Of a stretch of DNA of 32,000 nucleotides, positions 16,367-24,838 are shown piece by piece; position 1 is the first letter of the stretch; each line of letters opens with the position of its first letter. The DNA is taken from assembly GCF_000144695.1 (NCBI RefSeq), contig NC_014378.1, positions 1,790,043-1,822,042 on the forward strand, in the 5' to 3' direction. A program made the position numbers and the translations under genes. The notes beneath the pieces were generated by a model that saw only the letters and a program-made list of their open reading frames with translations, was not told the origin of the DNA and ran no database searches. This stretch comes from Acetohalobium arabaticum DSM 5501. GTDB taxonomy: Bacteria; Bacillota; Halanaerobiia; Halobacteroidales; Acetohalobiaceae.

Positions 16367-16924
16367 CTAATCTATATTATTCTGTTGTAGATGATTTAAT
16401 AAATACTGAAGACCAATTACTGTTTTAGCATCAGAAATCTCTGGAGTATATAACTTCTGTTTTATCTTTTTTAGCGGCATTTTAACTAATTCAATAAATT
16501 CGTCACCATCAGTCTTTTGACTATACTTCGATAAATCCTGAGCTAAGTAAAGATGGATCTCTTCATTACAAAAACCAGGTGAAGTATAGAAACTTCCAAT
16601 CTGTTGTAAATCTTCAGTTCTATAGCCTGTCTCCTCCTCTAATTCTCGGCGAGCACAGCTTTTAGGATCCTCATTAATTTCAAGAAGACCAGCAGGAAGT
16701 TCCAGTAATACCTTCTCAATAGGATTCCTAAATTGACGTACCAGTATCACTTCCTTATCTTCGAACAAATAAGGAATAACCGCTACTCCACCGGCATGTT
16801 CTACTATCTCTCGTTTAGCCTTATTATTATCCGGCAGCTTTACATCATCCAGTCTTAGATTAACTATTCTTCCTTCATAGATAGATGTACTATTTAACTG
16901 CTCTTCAATCAGTGATTCATTCAT
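16367..16924 (-). CDS. nudF: ADP-ribose pyrophosphatase (Nudix hydrolase)
   Basis: 185-aa ORF with Nudix box GLLEINEDPKSCARRELEEETGY. Stop codon is TAG. Confidence 0.85.
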   Translation of the reverse strand: MNESLIEEQLNSTSIYEGRIVNLRLDDVKLPDNNKAKREIVEHAGGVAVIPYLFEDKEVILVRQFRNPIEKVLLELPAGLLEINEDPKSCARRELEEETGYRTEDLQQIGSFYTSPGFCNEEIHLYLAQDLSKYSQKTDGDEFIELVKMPLKKIKQKLYTPEISDAKTVIGLQYLLNHLQQNNID

Positions 16925-16942
16925 CCTCTTCTCCTCCTTAAG

Positions 16943-18034
16943 TTAAAGACTAACCCCTAATTCTTCCAAAGCCAAAACTCCAGTTATACCGGCTGTCATA
17001 AAGAATTCCGGATCCTCTGTTTCATCACGCCCCATAGTATTAACTCCAATATCTGAGTTGCTTATTAATTCTAAAACATCACTCCCATCCCTATATCTAA
17101 TATCATGTTTATAATTAAGATTGGACTCTATTAACTGACTGTTTAATCTTTTCTGCTTATTAGCTGCTGATAATTTAGGGACTCCAACTACTGCTTCTCT
17201 TAAAGCAATCTCCTCTAGAACAGTCAATGTATGATGGCTGAAGCCGTAATGCCGCTTTCTTTCATCACTAAAGCTAATTCGGGGAATAGCCAATGGAATA
17301 CCACCTAAATTAGAAACTGCATTGATAATCTCTCCCTGCTCTATACCGCTAAAACCATATTTAGTCCCGGTCCCTACTACTCCAGGACCCATAGCTACAA
17401 TGATGACATCAGCTTCAGCTACTTCTTTAGCTGCTGCCAGACCTGAATAAATATTAACCGCTTCCAGGTCTCCACCAAAAGCATGACCAATGGTAATTGT
17501 AGTATCTAAAAGTTCTTTCTGCTGCAGTTCAGCTACTGTATTACTTAATTTCAGCGGTAAAGCAGCAGCATCAGTCATAATGTAAGCTATTTGTAAAGAA
17601 AAATTACTTAGTCTATTCAACACTATAACAGTCGGAGCCAACATACTATGCAGTGAACCGATAATTACAGGATTTCCCTCGAGAGAAGTAAAGTTCTTAA
17701 TCTCTTGCTGCCAGGAACTTGCTTCTTCTTCTACACTAAGAGTCTTAAGTTGAAAGGGAGAATACCTAAGCTTCATGATATGGCCTAAACCATCTAGATC
17801 CCTGGGTTCATTACCCTCAATATAGATAATAAAATCATAACCGCCGGTGCCTAAATCTAATTCAACAGCAGTCGTATTTAAAATCACTTCATCTCCTAGG
17901 CTAACCTCTCCCGTCAGATCATCATAATTGATTGCCCGTCTTTTCTCTCCAGTCTTTAATTCTACTTCTACTTCAGTCAAACCTGGTCGTTGCTTGATGA
18001 TTTTAGCAATCTTTCCTCTTTTAATTGCTAGCAA
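16943..18034 (-). CDS. DUF3866-like conserved protein
   Basis: 363-aa ORF. The N-terminus (AINYDDLTGEVSLGDEVILNTTAVELDLGTGGYDF) matches my memory of the DUF3866 family of Firmicutes. TTG start after GGAGG. Confidence 0.5.
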   Translation of the reverse strand: MLAIKRGKIAKIIKQRPGLTEVEVELKTGEKRRAINYDDLTGEVSLGDEVILNTTAVELDLGTGGYDFIIYIEGNEPRDLDGLGHIMKLRYSPFQLKTLSVEEEASSWQQEIKNFTSLEGNPVIIGSLHSMLAPTVIVLNRLSNFSLQIAYIMTDAAALPLKLSNTVAELQQKELLDTTITIGHAFGGDLEAVNIYSGLAAAKEVAEADVIIVAMGPGVVGTGTKYGFSGIEQGEIINAVSNLGGIPLAIPRISFSDERKRHYGFSHHTLTVLEEIALREAVVGVPKLSAANKQKRLNSQLIESNLNYKHDIRYRDGSDVLELISNSDIGVNTMGRDETEDPEFFMTAGITGVLALEELGVSL

Positions 18035-18200
18035 AATAGCAACCTCCAGACTATTGATAATTATTCAGTATTATCTATTCTTCTCCTGCTTCTATAGAAT
18101 ATTTTTCTGAACTCCGATATAAAAATAACCAAGATTATTATTTGCTACTTTCTCTTTAATCATACAGTTAAAGACTAACAGATAATACAATATTAATTAA

Positions 18201-18221
18201 GAGAGGCCCCCAAGGCCTCTC
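18201..18221 (-). terminator. probable intrinsic terminator after the M20 peptidase gene
   Basis: 8-bp GC-rich stem gagaggcc/ggcctctc with a 5-nt loop, followed on the minus strand by the U/A-rich tract TTAATTAATATT. Confidence 0.5.
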
Positions 18222-18242
18222 CGCAAATAAACTTTATTTTCA

Positions 18243-19373
18243 TTATGCATAATTCTTCTTCAAATCTTCCATAATAGCCAAATTATATTCTACAGTCTGA
18301 ATTAAATCATCTGCTCTGATGTTCTCTTTAGGAGTATGATTATCCTTAACTCCAATCCCCATGTTAATAGCAGGAATTCCTCGATTATTAAAAATGTTAG
18401 TATCACTCCCGCCTCCAGTAGCAACTAACTTCGGTTCAATTCCTAAACGTTTAGCACCACTGACGGCTGCCTGAACAACTGGAAGATTACTATTTAGGTA
18501 GAAAGCTGAAAATAATCTATTATTCTCAATATTTACTTCAGCTCCAACCTTCTCTGCTGATCTTTTAAAGATATTGATCATATGTTCCATCTGAATATCC
18601 AGCTTCTCCTCATCTCTACTTCTGGCTTCTCCTTTAAGCTCTACTCTATCCGGAACAATATTAGTAGCCTTTCCGCCTTTAATAACTCCGATATTGGCCG
18701 TAGTCTCTTCATCAATCTCTCCTAATTTCATATTTGATAGAGCAATACTAGCCACCTTGATAGCATTGATCCCTTTTTGTGGATTCTTCCCAGCATGAGC
18801 AGATCTTCCTCTAACAACTACCCTAATCTTCTCTTGAGCCGGACCTTCAGTAATTATAGTACCTATCTCTCCATCAGAATCATAAACAATTCCCATATCG
18901 GCTTCCAATCTATTAAAGTCTAAATTCTTAGCTCCTAGTAATCCTGCTTCCTCACAGACAGTAAATACTACCTCTATATCCCCATATTCGTAGTCATTTT
19001 CAATTAACTGCTCCAAAGTAGCCAAAATAATTGTAATTCCTGCCTTATCATCAGCACCTAAAATAGTCTGTCCCTGACTGAAGATAACCCCATTTTTAAT
19101 AATCGGCTTAATATTCTGGCCGGGCACTACAGTATCCAAATGGGCTATTAAGCATATAGTAGGCAGTTCAGGATTTGTTCCCTCCAATTTCCCAATTATA
19201 TTACCGGTATAGCTTCCAATTCGGGCCCCGGTATCATCCTCCCACACCTCTAGACCTAAGTCTGATAACTCAGATTTCATTCGATTGGCCATCTGCCGCT
19301 CAAATCTGGACTCACTATCTATCTGGACTAACTCCATAAATTTATCAATAATCTCGGTCCGGTCAAGCATCAA
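18243..19373 (-). CDS. M20/M42-family metallopeptidase (peptidase T / YqjE-like)
   Basis: 376-aa ORF with metal-ligand contexts AHLDTV, GADDKAG and CEEAGLLGA. Confidence 0.8.
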   Translation of the reverse strand: MMLDRTEIIDKFMELVQIDSESRFERQMANRMKSELSDLGLEVWEDDTGARIGSYTGNIIGKLEGTNPELPTICLIAHLDTVVPGQNIKPIIKNGVIFSQGQTILGADDKAGITIILATLEQLIENDYEYGDIEVVFTVCEEAGLLGAKNLDFNRLEADMGIVYDSDGEIGTIITEGPAQEKIRVVVRGRSAHAGKNPQKGINAIKVASIALSNMKLGEIDEETTANIGVIKGGKATNIVPDRVELKGEARSRDEEKLDIQMEHMINIFKRSAEKVGAEVNIENNRLFSAFYLNSNLPVVQAAVSGAKRLGIEPKLVATGGGSDTNIFNNRGIPAINMGIGVKDNHTPKENIRADDLIQTVEYNLAIMEDLKKNYA

Positions 19374-19495
19374 AAAATTCCCCTCTCTCTAGAATATTTA
19401 CTACTTTATTAAATATTATGATTCTAGATATGATTCCGTTATCCTGCTTGAATATGAATATTTAACCTATTTAATAAATTAAGTTCTTTTATCTT

Positions 19496-20578
19496 TTAAT
19501 TAGATGATATATATGATATATCTACATACTGAGAAGTAGCAGCATTCAATAATGCTCCATAATTAAGCTTAAACTTCAGAATATCTCCTACTTCTATTCC
19601 TGCTTCATAATCTGTAACATCGATTATTAAATGATCGCTACTTGCCTCTTCTATCTCTATATCTTCAGCCAATGGAGTTAATCCCTTCATCTTTATATCC
19701 TGACGGCCAATACCTAAGATAGCCCTTCTTCTAACTCCGGTTTTAGTAATCTTCCTTCTTTCTCCAAAAGCATTCTGACCCCGCCTTCCTTCTGGCTGCA
19801 CAGGCTTCTTCTTTACTTCAATTACTTCCGCTGCTAAGAGAAAAGTTTCCTGATAAGTATCAGGAAACGGACTGCGGTCAATTACATTGCTGCCGAGTAG
19901 AATTGTCTCTCCTACCCGCAGTTGAGTAATTTCATCAGGTAAGCCTTTATTTCTTAATCGAGGCAGTGAACTACTATTACCGCCTGAGATCTGTTGGATA
20001 TTCACCCCAAACTTATTATTAATCTCATTCTTTAAATCGATCAATAACTGCATATTATTTTCTGAAGGTAAAACCCCGCCAAAACAGGCTAAATTAGTAC
20101 CTAATCCAGTTAGTTCAATATTCTCCAGATCCAATATCTCTGCGGCTATATCAATTACATCTTCAGGCATAACTCCTTCTCTGCGGTCGCCTACATCTAC
20201 CATCAAGATAATCCGATGCTTCTGATTCATTTCTTTAGCTACCTGGTCCAAAGCTTTAATTACTTCCAGCTCTGAATTAAGGCTGATATCTGCATACTCT
20301 ACTACTCTATCAACCTCACTTATCATCGGTATTCTAAGCAGCATTAAAGGAATATCAGGCGAGACTAAGTTCTCCTGCATATACTTCAAATTTTTAATTC
20401 TGGAATCAGCTAACCCATCGACTCCTCCGGCTAACATAGCCTCAGCAATCTTTATGTCAGCACAGACTGATTTAGTAACCCCTATAATCTCTATATCTTC
20501 ACTGTCAGCTAGATTTACTATTCTTTCTGCATTGGCTGTTACTTTATCTAAATCTACTTCCAGTCTTGGATAACTCAT
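19496..20578 (-). CDS. alanine/ornithine racemase family PLP-dependent enzyme
   Basis: 360-aa ORF with an N-terminal TIM-barrel and a PLP-lysine context (GVTKSVC). Its size matches ornithine racemase-like proteins. Confidence 0.7.
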   Translation of the reverse strand: MSYPRLEVDLDKVTANAERIVNLADSEDIEIIGVTKSVCADIKIAEAMLAGGVDGLADSRIKNLKYMQENLVSPDIPLMLLRIPMISEVDRVVEYADISLNSELEVIKALDQVAKEMNQKHRIILMVDVGDRREGVMPEDVIDIAAEILDLENIELTGLGTNLACFGGVLPSENNMQLLIDLKNEINNKFGVNIQQISGGNSSSLPRLRNKGLPDEITQLRVGETILLGSNVIDRSPFPDTYQETFLLAAEVIEVKKKPVQPEGRRGQNAFGERRKITKTGVRRRAILGIGRQDIKMKGLTPLAEDIEIEEASSDHLIIDVTDYEAGIEVGDILKFKLNYGALLNAATSQYVDISYISSN

Positions 20579-20644
20579 ATCTTTTCCTCCAGAGTTTTAT
20601 CTTTATACTCCTTAAAAAGAAGTTCTAATGCTTCATCAAATTTG

Positions 20645-20673
20645 AGTATATCATTTCATTAATATACTTGCAA
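20645..20673 (-). promoter_or_regulatory. sigma-A-type promoter candidate for the racemase-like gene
   Basis: Minus strand reads TTGCAA - 17 nt - TATACT, about 65 nt upstream of the ATG at 20578. Confidence 0.45.
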
Positions 20674-20734
20674 GCGACATAATAATATGGAAAAGTTAAT
20701 TAAGCTCTATGCTAGTAATTTCAATCTTCATTCT

Positions 20735-20805
20735 CAAAATAAAATAGATAGTCATCGGCTATAAATTTCACCTTTTCTAGTGAATGTATAGCCGATACTA
20801 TCTAT
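20735..20805 (-). terminator. intrinsic terminator after mtmC
   Basis: 19-bp interrupted stem (20744-20763 / 20787-20805, one bulged C at 20753), followed on the minus strand by TTTTATTTT. Confidence 0.6.
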
Positions 20806-20835
20806 CTTTCAAATAAATAAGTTTTTAATAAATAA

Positions 20836-21480
20836 TTATCCTACTAAATCATAAACAACCTTAACAGCTTGGTTAGCTGTTTCTCCATAACCATCAGCTT
20901 CGATTTCTTCAGCCCATTCTTCTGTAACTGGAGCTCCACCAACCAGTACATCAAATTGTTCCCGTAAATTCTCTTCTTTCAAAGTATTAATTAATTTTTC
21001 ATTTTCTGCCATTGTTGTAGTTAATAAAGAACTAGTACTAATTACATCAGCATCAACCTCTTTTGCTTTAGAAATGAAATCATCTACAGAAACTTCGGTA
21101 CCGAGATCATAAACATCCATTCCGTTAGCTTCTAATAAGGTTTTAACAATACCTTTTCCTATATCATGAACATCTCCTGCTACTGATCCTATTACAACAG
21201 TAATATTTTCTTCTTGGTCTTTTCCTTGCTCAACTGCAGCTTCCTTTAAAATATCAGAAGCTGCTTTCATAGCCTCAGAACAAGACATTAATTGTGGTAA
21301 AAATACTTCTCCTTGATCAAATAAATCACCTACTTCAGTAATTCCCACTGTAAAACCTTTCTCAATCATTTTTAAAGGATCAATATTTTCTTCCACAGCG
21401 GTTTCAGCTAATTCAACAGCTTTATCTACATTGCCATCACAAACTGCTTCAGCAGCCTTTTCAAACAACTCTTCACTCAC
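20836..21480 (-). CDS. mtmC: methylamine-specific corrinoid (B12-binding) protein
   Basis: 214-aa ORF with an N-terminal helical cap and a B12-binding domain carrying GDVHDIGK (DxHxxG), SSLLTTT and VGGAPV. GTG start after GGAGGG. Lies directly downstream of mtmB. Confidence 0.8.
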   Translation of the reverse strand: MSEELFEKAAEAVCDGNVDKAVELAETAVEENIDPLKMIEKGFTVGITEVGDLFDQGEVFLPQLMSCSEAMKAASDILKEAAVEQGKDQEENITVVIGSVAGDVHDIGKGIVKTLLEANGMDVYDLGTEVSVDDFISKAKEVDADVISTSSLLTTTMAENEKLINTLKEENLREQFDVLVGGAPVTEEWAEEIEADGYGETANQAVKVVYDLVG

Positions 21481-21515
21481 TCTGAATCCCTCCAGACAAA
21501 TTTTATTAATTGAAC

Positions 21516-21550
21516 AATTATTCAGAAGGGGAATCCCCCTCTGAATAATT
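21516..21550 (-). other. strong intercistronic hairpin between mtmB and mtmC
   Basis: 11 bp (21516-21526 / 21540-21550) plus 4 G-C pairs (21528-21531 / 21535-21538) with one A/C mismatch and a 3-nt loop. Starts 3 nt after the mtmB TAA. The downstream tract is only moderately U-rich. Confidence 0.5.
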
Positions 21551-21552
21551 AT

Positions 21553-22941
21553 TTAATAATCTTTAATATCCAAGCCAATTTCTTTTAATGTTTTAGCAGC
21601 CTTTTCATAAACTTCCAGATACTCATCATTAGGATCAAGGGTAACTACATCATAACATTCTTGAAACTTCTTACCCTTAGGAGCATCATTATAATTGTTT
21701 TCATAAGTTGCTACTAATTCGTCCAATATTTTATTTACTTTATTAAGTTCCATTCCTGCTACTGAATAAGCAGCTTCTCCCATAAAGCGAGCTTCCATAC
21801 CAGTAGTATAATCAGTTTCTACTCCTTTAGCTGATGCTACGCCTGACAATAACCCACGCCCACTGGCAGTATCAGTAATTGACTGGGCAGCTGTTTCTAA
21901 TAAGCACATCTCAGTACATGGACCAGCTAAAGTGTAATATTGATTTGAAGTTATCAGGTCAGTATTGGCTGCAATAGCTCTGGCACAGTGTCCTGCTACC
22001 TGTAAAGTCTCCCTAGCTGTAGTTATTCCCCAACGTACATGAACGGGGCCATCTAGGTGATAATCAGCGTCAGTCATTAAAAAGGAATTTAGATGAGTAG
22101 CCACATCTACAATAGTAGTTTCCTCTAAACCTCCAGCATAACCACCAAAGATCGGCATCTGTTCGCACATGATGACATCCCCATTTAAGACATAATGAGC
22201 AGTGAAGGTCAATGCACCTACATCGATCTTCAGCTCATTTAACTGGGATACCTCATGGCTATCAGATTCTTTCATCCCGCCGTCATGGTCTGCAGCAATA
22301 CATCCGGCAGGACTCAATGCTGTTTCGCAGCCCTACAACCCTGTACCAGGATAGCCAGCTCTCTTACAAGCATGACGAATCAACTTACCTTCAGATTTAG
22401 AAGCTTTTATTTCCCATGGACTACCTGGAGCTGGTTGATTACCATTTATTGTCTCAAAAACCCCATTTACAATCGTATCAACCAATGGCTCCTGAGCAAA
22501 TGCCTCATGCATCTCCACAAATAAATCTTCTGAAACCGGTGCCCCTGTTGGCCCACCTTGTATAATAGGAGGCTCAGTATCCTTATGCGTTCTACTGACT
22601 AACTCTACAGCATCCTTACCCTCACCCAAAGTTACACTCTTAGGAGCAGCCTTAATCGCTTCTAAGACTTCTTCTTCAGTATACTCTATCACTCGACCTG
22701 TTTCTTTACAGTAAGCTCCAGTTTCAACTAACATTTCAAGTCCAGCCTGAAAAAGTCTATCTATCAAATCCTCATCTGTAGGAATAAATTCTCCTTCTTC
22801 AAATTCAATATCATACTTTTCTTTCATCTTCTTCGCATTTTCAGGAATAACTTCATAATCCCATTCGTCTTTATCCACTTTTGGACCTGTTAAAGCACGA
22901 TTATAAGCTTCAAAAACATCTACTTTTTTCTTGGTAGTCAT
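21553..22941 (-). CDS. mtmB: monomethylamine methyltransferase with an in-frame UAG (predicted pyrrolysine) at codon 203
   Basis: Track ORFs 22333..22941 and 21553..22317 share one frame and are separated by one TAG plus 5 sense codons. The joined 462 codons run collinear with archaeal MtmB as I recall it (blocks QGGPTG, SHEVSQLNELKID, EQMPIFGGYAGG, AGPCTEMCLLE, SITDTASGR). ATG start after GGGGGAG. Confidence 0.85.
22333..22335 (-). other. in-frame amber codon (candidate pyrrolysine recoding site)
   Basis: Forward cta gives minus-strand TAG, in the context ...RAGYPGTGL-TAG-GCETALSPAG... Confidence 0.8.
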
Positions 22942-23002
22942 ATTGCTCCCCCTTTTTTAATTTTGCTCTTTTTAAAAAATTCTAATAATTAAATATTTAA
23001 TC

Positions 23003-23013
23003 TATTAAGAAAC
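23003..23013. repeat. copy 1 of 11-nt direct repeat TATTAAGAAAC in the mtmB upstream region
   Basis: Exact 11-mer, also present at 23142-23152. The two copies flank the tandem repeat. Confidence 0.6.
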
Positions 23014-23071
23014 TATCCCTCCTCCTAAGTAATCTTTAGGGGTATCATAATTAACTTCCCCATTAATAAAT

Positions 23072-23104
23072 TATATCTTTATTATATCTTTATTATATCT
23101 TTAT
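23072..23104. repeat. three perfect tandem copies of an 11-bp unit (tatatctttat) upstream of mtmB
   Basis: 23072-23082, 23083-23093 and 23094-23104 are identical. On the coding (minus) strand each unit contains TATAAT. Confidence 0.9.
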
Positions 23105-23141
23105 TAACTTACTACATGAATTATTAAAGTTATTTTTGATA

Positions 23142-23152
23142 TATTAAGAAAC
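23142..23152. repeat. copy 2 of 11-nt direct repeat TATTAAGAAAC
   Basis: Exact match to 23003-23013. Confidence 0.6.
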
Positions 23153-23170
23153 ATTCTCTTAATCAATACT

Positions 23171-23210
23171 AAAAAACAAAAATCCCTATCAAGAATATTC
23201 TTGATAGGGA
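23171..23210 (-). terminator. intrinsic terminator after the NSS transporter / small-subunit pair
   Basis: Perfect 28-nt palindrome 23183-23210 (tccctatcaagaat/attcttgataggga), followed on the minus strand by TTTTTGTTTTTT. Confidence 0.8.
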
Positions 23211-23219
23211 TAAATTAAA

Positions 23220-23315
23220 TTATTGATTCTTAAATGCAATATTAAGACAGATGCCTAATCCACCACCTAACACAACTATAGCAAATAGCAACATCATAAC
23301 TGCACTGTTGGACAT
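23220..23315 (-). CDS. MetS-like small subunit of the NSS transporter (31 aa, not in the ORF track)
   Basis: Minus-strand ATG at 23313-23315, TAA at 23220-22. Product MSNSAVMMLLFAIVVLGGGLGICLNIAFKNQ is a single TM. GGGAGG lies 10 nt upstream, inside the end of the transporter gene, and the start is 2 nt after the transporter stop. Confidence 0.6.
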   Translation of the reverse strand: MSNSAVMMLLFAIVVLGGGLGICLNIAFKNQ

Positions 23316-23317
23316 AA

Positions 23318-24838
23318 CTACATTACCTCCCTATTAGAAATAAGCTCATCGGATTTTTTACCTTTCCAGGGTCGAAGACTCATAATTATTCCTAATACGA
23401 TAACTCCAGCTGCTACTGACCAGCCATACTTAAGTATAGCATTCATTGGATAACCACCATAGGGAGCAGCCAATTCTTTCATTGTATTCTGTACAAAAGC
23501 AACACCTAAACAGATCGGTGTTATTACTCTAATCATAATATCCCACCAGGAACCGATAGCAAAATCGGATAATCTGTTAGCATGCTCTCTGATAATACTG
23601 ACCTTATAGAACCAGCCGATAATTATACATTCAACTAACCCAGCAAGAGCAATTCCAAACTGATTAATAAAGTGGTCCACAATATCTAAAAAGTAGAGGC
23701 CTGCTCCAGTAGTATAAAGTAAACTAATTACTGCACCAACTGAACAGACATAATTAACAGCTGCCTTACGGCCGATATCGAATTTATCCCTAACAGCTGC
23801 TATTACCGCTTCCAGAATAGAAACACAGGAAGAAAAACCGGCAATAGCTAAGGCTAAAAAGAAGATTACTCCAAACAAAGATCTAAAGGCCGGCAACATA
23901 TTAATTGCCTTTGGAAATGCTACAAAAGCCAACCCGATACCACTGGTTACTACTTTAGAAATCGGCTCTCCAGTCTGAGCAGCCATATAACCTAAGATAC
24001 CAAAAACTCCAATTCCAACAATAAAACTGAACGCACTATTGGATAAAGCAGTAATAAAAGCATTATTTACTATATCTGAATCTTCCGGCAAATAACTTGA
24101 ATAAGTTATCATAATTGCAAAACCAACACTTAAAGTAAAGAAGATCTGTCCATAGGCTGCCAACCAGACTTTAACATCAGTTAAAGCACTGAAATCCGGC
24201 TCTAAAAATTTATTAATTCCAGCCATAGCCCCAGGAAGTGTAACACCCCGAATAGTAATGATAATCATAAATAAAGCTAATAAAGGCATAAAGATTTTAG
24301 ATGCCTTCTCAATTCCTTCTTCAATTCCATTATATAGAATGATATAACTGACTCCCCAAACGATTAATAAACTAATTAAAACACTAAAATTAATCCCGCC
24401 TATCTGAGAAATACCATCAGTTATCTGTAAAAAGTCGCCAAAAAAGTAAGCTTCGGGATTCTCTCCCCAAACTCTATTGAAAGAAAATGTAACATAATTC
24501 AAACTCCAGCTAATAACTACTACATAATAAGTGGCAATCACAAATGAAACTAAAACCTGCCACCAACCTAGCCATTCCCACTTTTTCCCCATCTTAGCAA
24601 AGGAGAACGGTGCCGAACCGCGCATTTTATGGCCGAAACCGAATTCCATAATTAAAATAGGAATCCCTGCTGTTAATAGCGCAAAGAAGTAAGGAATTAA
24701 GAAGGCGCCCCCTCCATTATCGTAAGCCATGTAGCTGAATCGCCAGATATTACCTAAACCAACTGCCGAACCGATTGCTGCTAGAATAAAGCCTATTCTA
24801 GAACCCCATTGTCCATCATCACTGCTTTCTACTGACAT
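23318..24838 (-). CDS. sodium-dependent transporter, NSS/SNF family (MetP-like)
   Basis: 506-aa 11-12 TM ORF with the NSS signature WGSRIGFILAAIGSAVGLGNIWRFSYMAYDNGGGAFLIPY. Stop codon is TAG. Confidence 0.85.
   Translation of the reverse strand: MSVESSDDGQWGSRIGFILAAIGSAVGLGNIWRFSYMAYDNGGGAFLIPYFFALLTAGIPILIMEFGFGHKMRGSAPFSFAKMGKKWEWLGWWQVLVSFVIATYYVVVISWSLNYVTFSFNRVWGENPEAYFFGDFLQITDGISQIGGINFSVLISLLIVWGVSYIILYNGIEEGIEKASKIFMPLLALFMIIITIRGVTLPGAMAGINKFLEPDFSALTDVKVWLAAYGQIFFTLSVGFAIMITYSSYLPEDSDIVNNAFITALSNSAFSFIVGIGVFGILGYMAAQTGEPISKVVTSGIGLAFVAFPKAINMLPAFRSLFGVIFFLALAIAGFSSCVSILEAVIAAVRDKFDIGRKAAVNYVCSVGAVISLLYTTGAGLYFLDIVDHFINQFGIALAGLVECIIIGWFYKVSIIREHANRLSDFAIGSWWDIMIRVITPICLGVAFVQNTMKELAAPYGGYPMNAILKYGWSVAAGVIVLGIIMSLRPWKGKKSDELISNREVM

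Noticed and set aside
19388-19428. 8-bp inverted repeat TCTAGAAT ... ATTCTAGA between the racemase-like gene and the M20 peptidase
   Set aside because: The arms are short and AT-rich with a 25-nt loop and no U-tract. This is compatible with chance in this base composition.
22288-22332. PYLIS-like stem-loop immediately downstream of the amber codon
   Set aside because: The best pairing I can find is 5 bp (22318-22322 with 22293-22297) plus one extra A-U and one G-U. That is too weak to claim without folding software and comparative data.
22317-22335. Split mtmB as a pseudogene or sequencing error
   Set aside because: There is only one interrupting codon. It is TAG, both halves stay in frame and are well conserved to the end, and the position matches the Pyl codon of MtmB as I recall it. 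A decaying gene would be expected to carry frameshifts or several stops.
23072-23104. CRISPR-like array
   Set aside because: The repeats are 11 bp and directly abutting, with no spacers and no cas genes. This is a simple tandem repeat in a promoter region.
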